This document shows positions 57,363-64,000 of a stretch of DNA of 64,000 nucleotides, in pieces. How positions within the stretch are numbered: the stretch's first letter is position 1; every line of letters begins with the position of its first letter. The stretch covers positions 123,090 through 187,089 of the forward strand of contig JAOAJX010000002.1 in the NCBI GenBank assembly GCA_026413945.1, written 5' to 3'. The notes under the pieces are model-generated. The model did no database searches and was not told where the DNA came from. It saw only the letters and a list, made by a program, of their open reading frames with translations. The translations under genes were made by a program, and so were the position numbers. The stretch is from Candidatus Iainarchaeum sp. (lineage in GTDB: Archaea > Iainarchaeota > Iainarchaeia > Iainarchaeales > DTGL01).

Positions 57363-57866
57363 ATGGGTAACTTTATGATAACAATTGTTTTGGCAGCTAT
57401 AATTGTAACGCTTATTGGAGCAAATACTTATTTGCATTTTTTTCGGCAAATGCGCAGCAAGGAAGAGCAAGAGCAACATGAAGAGCCAATAAAGCTAACA
57501 AGCGCAAACCTTAGTTCTATAATTCAGTTCGGGGAAAAAAATGAGGCAAGTGAGCTTACTGAAATAAAAAGATGCTTAAAAGCCATAGAGCATAAGCTTG
57601 ACAAAAATGCATCGAGGATAGAGTATGCATTCCAGAGAATTAACAGGATTGAAAATGCCCTTACAAAAAATGGTTCATCGACAATAGGTGAAGACATCTA
57701 CAAAAAGATTGAACGCTTAGAGGATTTTCGCAGAGAATCACTTATAACAATAGAGGCAATGAAGGATTACCTTAAGAGCAAAAACAAAAAAAAAGTGAAA
57801 AAGAGTGGAAACGTCGAAGTAGAAGAGAAGATAAGAGAATTAATATTCAGGGGAAGAAAGGCTTGA
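57363..57866 (+). CDS. Hypothetical TM plus coiled-coil protein
   Basis: N-terminal hydrophobic helix; heptad-rich remainder. Confidence 0.6.
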   Translation: MGNFMITIVLAAIIVTLIGANTYLHFFRQMRSKEEQEQHEEPIKLTSANLSSIIQFGEKNEASELTEIKRCLKAIEHKLDKNASRIEYAFQRINRIENALTKNGSSTIGEDIYKKIERLEDFRRESLITIEAMKDYLKSKNKKKVKKSGNVEVEEKIRELIFRGRKA

Positions 57867-57869
57867 TTT

Positions 57870-58577
57870 TTAGCTCCATGTTTTTCGCTCTGCTTTGTTT
57901 GGAAAATTATCTCTAACACTTTTGGCAATTATGCTTGCAGCACCTATTGTAGCGCAGATATCATCGCCTTTTATTATGAATTCGACATCGGTAACGCCAT
58001 CTATTGGGCCGCCATCTGCTTTTGTGCTGAATTCAAAGCCGAGGTTCTTGAAGAACTGTGGTGCAAGGATCAAAAAGCGCCTTTGTAGTTCATTAAGTGT
58101 GCTACCGTTTTTACGGACCAAATCCACAAAATCTGGAGAACATATAAGCACCAATGTAGCCATTGAATTTTTCTGTGCAACCTTTGCCTTCTCATCAATT
58201 TTGCTTAATTCTAGCTTTTTGCTATCCCTCAATTCACGCATTTTGTTGTTATCTGCGAGCACACCGCAAATCACAAATGCGCCGACTTTTTCACCACGGC
58301 CAGTCTCATCTATGCCAAAGATAAGCTCTTGTTTTGGCAATAATGACTTCACAAGCATATCACTAACTTTGCTACAGCCGTTTCCTTGCACGACGAGTTT
58401 GCCTGAAGTATAGAGTGTAACAGTGCAACCATTTACTTGCCAACGCTTTTCTTCAAAATAAGCAGTAGTTGGCTTTTCAGGATATCTGCTTAAGAAATTC
58501 CTTATAAGCCCTTTCTCTGCCTCTGTGAAATTAAGGGTAATTGTTTTCTTATCTTTTTCAGGTTGCAAGTATCTCAC
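57870..58577 (-). CDS. RNase HIII-like protein (TBP-like N-domain plus RNase HII-type catalytic domain)
   Basis: VTLYTSGKLVVQG; GIDETGRGE; LRDSKKL; KGD..GAASIIAK..RD. Confidence 0.8.
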   Translation of the reverse strand: MRYLQPEKDKKTITLNFTEAEKGLIRNFLSRYPEKPTTAYFEEKRWQVNGCTVTLYTSGKLVVQGNGCSKVSDMLVKSLLPKQELIFGIDETGRGEKVGAFVICGVLADNNKMRELRDSKKLELSKIDEKAKVAQKNSMATLVLICSPDFVDLVRKNGSTLNELQRRFLILAPQFFKNLGFEFSTKADGGPIDGVTDVEFIIKGDDICATIGAASIIAKSVRDNFPNKAERKTWS

Positions 58578-60945
58578 TACCTTTTTTGAAAATGATATTT
58601 TTGATCCGCATTGTTTCTTTTATGTCTTCTGCAGCTTTCTTCGCATTTTTTATATCTGGATGATACAAGGTAATTTCTTCAAGCTCATGTGCAAGAGAAA
58701 GGTTCTTCTGTTTCTTAAGCTTTCTTATAGCTGCAATACATTCAACAGAGGCGCGGCCTACAGAGATGGCAATTTTGCTTCTTACAACTTTATATGTCTC
58801 GGGCCATCCACTCAAATGTATGCTTTTTGCCCTTTCAGAGGCTTTGAAAAGTTTTTGGTATATTTCCTCTGTTATAAAAGGCATGAAAGGCGCGAAGAGC
58901 TTAAGCTGTAAGAGCAAAGCATTGTAAAGTGTCCAAAGTGCTGAATCCTTGTCTTTGCCAGAGTATAAGCGGTACTTTATCATTTCAATGTAATAATCGC
59001 AGAAGGTATTCCAGAAAAAGTTTTCTGCTATTGTTTTGGCCTTGCTGTATTCATAAGCTTCGAATGCGTTTGTCGCATCATCAATGACTTCATTGAGTTC
59101 TTGAATAAGCCAAGAATCGATAATATGCAATCTCTTTGGTTTCTTTGGTTTAGCTTTTAAATGCATTGCTGCAAACCGGGCAGTATTCCAGAGCTTTGTC
59201 GCATTCCTCAAACCTATCTGCAAGTCTTCTTCCTTAAAGTTGAGGTCTTCTCCAAGCTTAACGCTAGAGGCCCAAAAGCGAAGTGCGTCAGCAGAATATT
59301 TTTTAATAATATCAAGAGGCAAAACAACATTGCCTTTGCTTTTACTCATCTTCCTACCATGCCTGTCAAGCCCATGGCCTGAAATCATTATATTTTCAAA
59401 AGGGGCTTTACCAGTGTGAAACAAACACATAACTATTGTGTTAAAATCCCAGAAAGTAATTATATCGTGTGCATTTGGCCTCAAGCTCATTGGATAAATC
59501 TTTTTAAGAAGTTTTTCATTTTCAGGCCAGTCTGCATTTATAAGAGGGGTTAAAGCGCTTGTTGCCCAAGTATCCAAAACATCTTTTTCGGGTTCAAATT
59601 CAGTTGAACCGCATTTGCATCTCCTTTTAGGGAAATCCTTCAATGGATCTACAGGCAATTGATCAGGATCTGCTAACATTTCTAAACCACATTGTTTGCA
59701 ATACCAAACAGGAAAAGGAACGCCAAAGTAACGCTGCCTCGAGATGCACCAGTCCCACTGAAGGCCCTTTATCCAGTTTTCATATCTTGCAAACATATGC
59801 TTTGGCCACCATTTTATTTTACGACCTGCCTTAAGATAAGTTTCTTTTAAATCAAGATATTTCACAAACCACTGGTTGGTGAGCAAAAATTCAATCTCAG
59901 TATCGCAACGCTCGTGAGTGTTCACATTATGCTTTATCGGTATTTGCCTCACCAAAAGGCCATTCTGTTTGAGGTCTTCTATAATAGCTGCTCTAGCATC
60001 TTTTATTCTCATTCCTTTATATTTTCCTGCAAGCTCGTTCAAAAGCCCACTTTGATCTATGCTTATCTTTGGCTCAAAGCCATATGCGCTTGCCCATTCC
60101 ACATCAGTAAGGTCTCCAAACGTGCAGAACATCACAATTCCAGTGCCTTTGTTAGGATCAGCCCTTTTATCTGCCATTATTGGAACTAAAAAGTCAAATA
60201 TTGGCACTCTTGCCTTTTTTCCAATGAGGTGCTTATAGCGCATATCCTCGGGATTCACAAATATCGCACAGCAGCTCGGCAAAAGCTCAGGCCTTGTTGT
60301 TGCAATCTCAATTTTCTTGCCATCCTCAAGCTCAAAAAGTATGTAGTTGAAAACAGATTCAACCTCTTTGTCTTTCAGTTCAACTTGCGCTATTGCAGTC
60401 TCGCAGCGCGGGCACCAAATGGTAGGCGCAAGTTTTCTGTACACACGGCCTTTTTCATAAAGCTTTAAAAATGAAAGTTGTGATTTTTTCTGAACCTTTG
60501 GCTCTATTGTTCTGTAAGTTAAGCTCCAGTCGCAGGAAAGGCCCATTGCAAAGAAAACCTCTTTATATTGTGCTTCAATCGCTTCTGAAGTTTTTAAACA
60601 AATATCAACGAATTCTTTCCTTGGCATATTCTTGGCTTTTATTTTATAAGTCTCTTCTGCCAAGCGCTCGGTAGGCAAGCCATTGTTATCAAAACCAAAT
60701 GGATAAAAAACGTTGAAGCCGCGCATTCTTTTGTAGCGCGCTATAAAGTCAGCTTGTGCATATGAGAAAGCATGGCCTATATGAAGCTTTCCGCTTATAG
60801 TAGGCGGCGGTGTATCTATGCTGTAAACAGGCATCTTTGAATATGGATTAAACTTATATATGCCTTCCTGTTCCCAAAAAGCACGTATGCCTGTCTCTAG
60901 GCTTTGAAAATCAGGCCTTGGCGGAAGTTCCATCAAAAACACCAC
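58558..60945 (-). CDS. valS: Valine--tRNA ligase (archaeal type)
   Basis: IDTPPPTISG; HIGH; WDWCISRQR; KMSKS. Confidence 0.96.
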   Translation of the reverse strand: MVFLMELPPRPDFQSLETGIRAFWEQEGIYKFNPYSKMPVYSIDTPPPTISGKLHIGHAFSYAQADFIARYKRMRGFNVFYPFGFDNNGLPTERLAEETYKIKAKNMPRKEFVDICLKTSEAIEAQYKEVFFAMGLSCDWSLTYRTIEPKVQKKSQLSFLKLYEKGRVYRKLAPTIWCPRCETAIAQVELKDKEVESVFNYILFELEDGKKIEIATTRPELLPSCCAIFVNPEDMRYKHLIGKKARVPIFDFLVPIMADKRADPNKGTGIVMFCTFGDLTDVEWASAYGFEPKISIDQSGLLNELAGKYKGMRIKDARAAIIEDLKQNGLLVRQIPIKHNVNTHERCDTEIEFLLTNQWFVKYLDLKETYLKAGRKIKWWPKHMFARYENWIKGLQWDWCISRQRYFGVPFPVWYCKQCGLEMLADPDQLPVDPLKDFPKRRCKCGSTEFEPEKDVLDTWATSALTPLINADWPENEKLLKKIYPMSLRPNAHDIITFWDFNTIVMCLFHTGKAPFENIMISGHGLDRHGRKMSKSKGNVVLPLDIIKKYSADALRFWASSVKLGEDLNFKEEDLQIGLRNATKLWNTARFAAMHLKAKPKKPKRLHIIDSWLIQELNEVIDDATNAFEAYEYSKAKTIAENFFWNTFCDYYIEMIKYRLYSGKDKDSALWTLYNALLLQLKLFAPFMPFITEEIYQKLFKASERAKSIHLSGWPETYKVVRSKIAISVGRASVECIAAIRKLKKQKNLSLAHELEEITLYHPDIKNAKKAAEDIKETMRIKNIIFKKGSEILAT

Positions 60946-61032
60946 AATAAATTAATCGTATAAAAGAAAGTTATAAAAACAAATTTAAAAAAACAAAAAT
61001 ATTAAATTTCCTTTTCAGGCAAAATAAAAGCT

Positions 61033-61782
61033 ATGGCTTTAAGCTTTAATCATGATGTTTTTTGCTTAAATCTTGGCGAGGAAAAGGTTGAATGCACTAT
61101 TAGGAGAAGCGCTCGAGCGAGAAACATCGCGTTGCATGTAACCCAAGATGCGTCACTTGAAGTTAGGATTCCTTTGAGATGGAAAGTTCCAATGGAAAAG
61201 ATAATGGGCTTTATAAAAGAAAAGGAAAAGTGGATATTGAGGAACGTAAAAAAGATGAAAATGGTTCATAAAGAGGTAAAAGCAAGGGAAGGCCATATTC
61301 TTTTCCTGGGAAGAGAAGTTCCAGTCGAGATTGTGGAATCAAGCAGAAAGAGGGCTGTTGCAAAACCAAAAGCTGGAAAGCTTTCAGTTGAAGTTAACAA
61401 AGAGAATAAAGAAGGCATACAAGAGGCAGTTATAAAATTCTACAAGAAACATGCACGGGCAATAATAGAGAAAATTTCCAGGAAAAAAGCCACGGAAATG
61501 GGGGTTTCCTTCAAGAAGATTTCTGTGCGTAGTCAAAAAAGCAGATGGGGCAGCTGCTCATCAAAGAAAACGATTTCATTCAATTTTTGTCTTATTGCTG
61601 CACCGCAAGAAGTGCTTGAATATGTGGTAGTGCATGAGTTGGCACATCTTGTGCACAGGAACCATTCTAAGGCCTTTTGGGCCTTAGTGGAGAAGCACTG
61701 CCCAAATTATCGTCAGCACAAAAAATGGCTTAACAGAAATGGGCTTTTATTAAAAAGGAGGGTTATGAGATTTGAATGCTAA
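61033..61782 (+). CDS. YgjP/DUF45-like zinc metallopeptidase
   Basis: KSRWGSCS; YVVVHELAHL..NHS..FW. Confidence 0.88.
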   Translation: MALSFNHDVFCLNLGEEKVECTIRRSARARNIALHVTQDASLEVRIPLRWKVPMEKIMGFIKEKEKWILRNVKKMKMVHKEVKAREGHILFLGREVPVEIVESSRKRAVAKPKAGKLSVEVNKENKEGIQEAVIKFYKKHARAIIEKISRKKATEMGVSFKKISVRSQKSRWGSCSSKKTISFNFCLIAAPQEVLEYVVVHELAHLVHRNHSKAFWALVEKHCPNYRQHKKWLNRNGLLLKRRVMRFEC

Positions 61783-61793
61783 TTAAGTCTAGC

Positions 61794-62384
61794 TTATATT
61801 CTGCGGCAAAGTTTCACATAACAACAGTCTTTACATCTTTTGCTAAATGTGGTTGGCTTTGGCATAATTTCTGTCACAATTATTTCATTTATGCCTTTTA
61901 TTGTTTCCTTAACTTTGGCTATGTCACTATTACTTATTTTTATTTTTACCAGCTCATTACTTTGCTCAAACTTTATGAAAGCAAATGGGGTAGAATAGCC
62001 AAACAGTCTATTTATGAGCAAACATTCTGCAAAAACCTGTATTTTTTGTGAATTGTAGAGTTTCCTTGGCTTTTTGGAGTATTTATATTCTATTGGAAAA
62101 GCCTCTTTCTTATCTTGGTTGATGATCATACAATCAAGAACAGTCCTAAGGTTTAACTCATTAGATTCTAAGTAAACGCCATATTTTTTTGGCAGTTTTG
62201 GAAATTCTTTTATGATCTTGTTTCTCTTGCTTTTTTTATTAAATAAGCTGTGCAATTCACGGCCTTTAAGCTCTTTTATAGTAGTTGCTTGAGGAATTTT
62301 CAGAACCCTTTCAAAGTAAACTATTCTTGGACAATACTGGAAATTCATAAGATCTTTTATTGTGAGAAACTGTTGCAAATCCAT
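61794..62384 (-). CDS. cas4: CRISPR-associated exonuclease Cas4
   Basis: YCPR; PIEYK; C-terminal CKDCCYVKLC. Confidence 0.92.
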   Translation of the reverse strand: MDLQQFLTIKDLMNFQYCPRIVYFERVLKIPQATTIKELKGRELHSLFNKKSKRNKIIKEFPKLPKKYGVYLESNELNLRTVLDCMIINQDKKEAFPIEYKYSKKPRKLYNSQKIQVFAECLLINRLFGYSTPFAFIKFEQSNELVKIKISNSDIAKVKETIKGINEIIVTEIMPKPTTFSKRCKDCCYVKLCRRI

Positions 62385-62669
62385 TCAACCCACTATTTCA
62401 AAACCATGAGATTTAAGCACGTCTGCATTAAAATCGCCCAATATTATTTTATTCGAAAAACATTGTTTACATGCAGGGATAATAAAAATACAGTCGCTGC
62501 TTTTTATGTGCTCTTTACAATTTATGGCAAGCATCTCCGCCTTATTCTTGCTTAGGAATCCGCAGAAAGCACTTTTTTGGATCCTTTTCAAGCCGAAGTT
62601 TTTGCACTCTTCTGAAACCTTAAGGCGAAGGTTATTATCGCTAATATCGTAAATCACCCAGTAAATCAC
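62385..62669 (-). CDS. cas2: CRISPR-associated Cas2
   Basis: VIYDISD; GLKRIQKSAF; likely GTG start at 62669. Confidence 0.93.
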   Translation of the reverse strand: MIYWVIYDISDNNLRLKVSEECKNFGLKRIQKSAFCGFLSKNKAEMLAINCKEHIKSSDCIFIIPACKQCFSNKIILGDFNADVLKSHGFEIVG

Positions 62670-62670
62670 A

Positions 62671-63657
62671 TTACCACCTATAGATGAAAGGCTCAAAACA
62701 ATTTTCGTCGTCAAGCAAGTAATTAGTTATGCTTCTTGCTTGTAGCAATAAAATATCTTGAAAAGAGAGATGTTTATCTCTAAAATTTACCTTTGTATGT
62801 AATCTCGCCATGACTTCAGAGACAATTTTCTCTCTTCCTTTCTTATTCAAAACCATTTCTTCGTCAGAATTATGTTCAAAAAGTTTCTCTGAAACTTGTT
62901 TTTGTACAAAAAGTGTTACAATAGCCCTGTCAACTATTATCGGCCTAAAGCCTTCGATAAGATCTAAAACCATTGATGGCTTGTTATATCGGTCGGTATG
63001 CAAAAAACCCAAGTAAGGGTCTAGGCCAGCCAAAATACATGCTTTCTCGGTTTCACCATAAAGTATGCCATAGCCGTAATTTAAAAGTAGATTTACTGTA
63101 TCATTCGAGTCTTTATCTCTGCCTTCAAAAGGCAATATTTTTGTTAGACACTCAAAATAACCTTTAGCTGCAGTGCCTTCCAAACCAAATAAATCGTCCC
63201 TTATGTATTCGATGTTGCCAACCAACTTATCTAGTTTTTTACATAAGTCAATATTGTAGTTAGCAACACTGCTAAAGTCAATTTCCCTTGACTTGCTCAA
63301 AGATTTCAAAAAATATGCTTGATTCAAAATCTTTGCTTTGATGAGTTTTTTAGCAATTTCTGCGCCTTTTTCGGAATAATAAGCCTCTAGCTGTTTTCTT
63401 CTAGTTAAAGTAGTACCACCCAGTCTACATGGAAAGATGCGCCCAATAGGCTTACCTTTTGAGCTAAAGAAAACGATATCAACATCATTTTTAAGAGCTA
63501 ATTTAATTGCACTAACCGAAATACTAGAGGCTGAAGCTATGATTATTTGTTCAACTAAGGCAACAGCAAATTCTTCTTTTTTGTCACTAGTTTTAACAAC
63601 AAATCTTTCTCCCTTTTTTCCCAAAAAAGAGCCAAAGTCATTCAAGATAAGCTGCAT
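62671..63657 (-). CDS. cas1: CRISPR-associated integrase Cas1
   Basis: EGTAAKGYF; NLLLNYGY; GLDPYLGFLH; DLIEGFRP. Confidence 0.96.
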   Translation of the reverse strand: MQLILNDFGSFLGKKGERFVVKTSDKKEEFAVALVEQIIIASASSISVSAIKLALKNDVDIVFFSSKGKPIGRIFPCRLGGTTLTRRKQLEAYYSEKGAEIAKKLIKAKILNQAYFLKSLSKSREIDFSSVANYNIDLCKKLDKLVGNIEYIRDDLFGLEGTAAKGYFECLTKILPFEGRDKDSNDTVNLLLNYGYGILYGETEKACILAGLDPYLGFLHTDRYNKPSMVLDLIEGFRPIIVDRAIVTLFVQKQVSEKLFEHNSDEEMVLNKKGREKIVSEVMARLHTKVNFRDKHLSFQDILLLQARSITNYLLDDENCFEPFIYRW

Positions 63658-63822
63658 TATAAAAGAAGCCTTTCTACAATAAAAAACTTTTCGCTGGTCT
63701 TATTCTCCGTTCTTTTGATTTACAAGTGAATAAAAAAACAAATAATCCATTCGGCTAGCCAATAAAATCGTTTCAATCAATATTTTACTTCAATCCTTGT
63801 TTTTGTGGATCAGCTTGTGCAA

Positions 63823-64000
63823 GTTGCATTTTCCATTCTGTTAATTCAGCCCCTGCAACAACAGGCATCGGCTATGGTGTAGCTTTTTCACCAGACGGGT
63901 TGCATTTTCCATTCTGTTAATTCAGCCCCTGCAACCTCAAGGTGAAGCCTTAAAATCAATGTTTTCTCGTGCGTTGCATTTTCCATTCTGTTAATTCAGC
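63823..64000. CRISPR. CRISPR array, truncated by the window edge; 37-nt repeat GTTGCATTTTCCATTCTGTTAATTCAGCCCCTGCAAC
   Basis: Identical repeats at 63823-63859 and 63899-63935, and a partial copy at 63973-64000; spacers of 39 and 37 nt; adjacent to cas1. Confidence 0.96.

Noticed and set aside
1383-63682. Numerous short antisense or out-of-frame ORFs in the track
   Set aside because: They lie within well-supported genes and are shadow ORFs with no motifs
63737-63773. Degenerate repeat or anti-repeat (TCCATTC) between cas1 and the array
   Set aside because: Only 7 nt match, and the spacing (86 nt) is off the 74-76 nt array period

Overview
An AT-rich archaeal chromosome segment. Archaeal markers include thermosome, Alba, Sec61beta, eL41, a histone-fold protein, GGTGA/GGAGG ribosome-binding sites and BHB-type tRNA introns. 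Gene content points to a DPANN lineage, possibly Diapherotrites/Iainarchaeota (inference only). Housekeeping genes: sufS-like, glmS-glmM-truncated glmU, sua5, valS, ppa, trmJ, DRG GTPase, yjjX, maf. There are four tRNAs: Ala-CGC, intron-containing Ile-UAU, Pro-GGG, and Trp-CCA with a 179-nt intron. Also present are a complete 14-gene Mrp-Mbh membrane-bound [NiFe]-hydrogenase operon with scattered maturation genes, two NurA-less HerA-like ATPases, a pilin-like protein, and many membrane-anchored unknowns. The right edge holds cas1-cas2-cas4 and the start of a CRISPR array with a Cas12f/Cas14a-like 37-nt repeat; no effector gene is in the window. Most striking: (1) an SMC protein with canonical Smc heads whose hinge is replaced by a Rad50-type CXXC zinc hook; (2) the full Mbh complex with an atypical HypC/DUF6390/EamA accessory set; (3) the enlarged tRNA-Trp intron with a C/D guide plus a long extra hairpin; (4) tRNA-Ile(UAU); (5) a tailed histone-fold protein. 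All calls come from motif recognition by eye; no searches were run.
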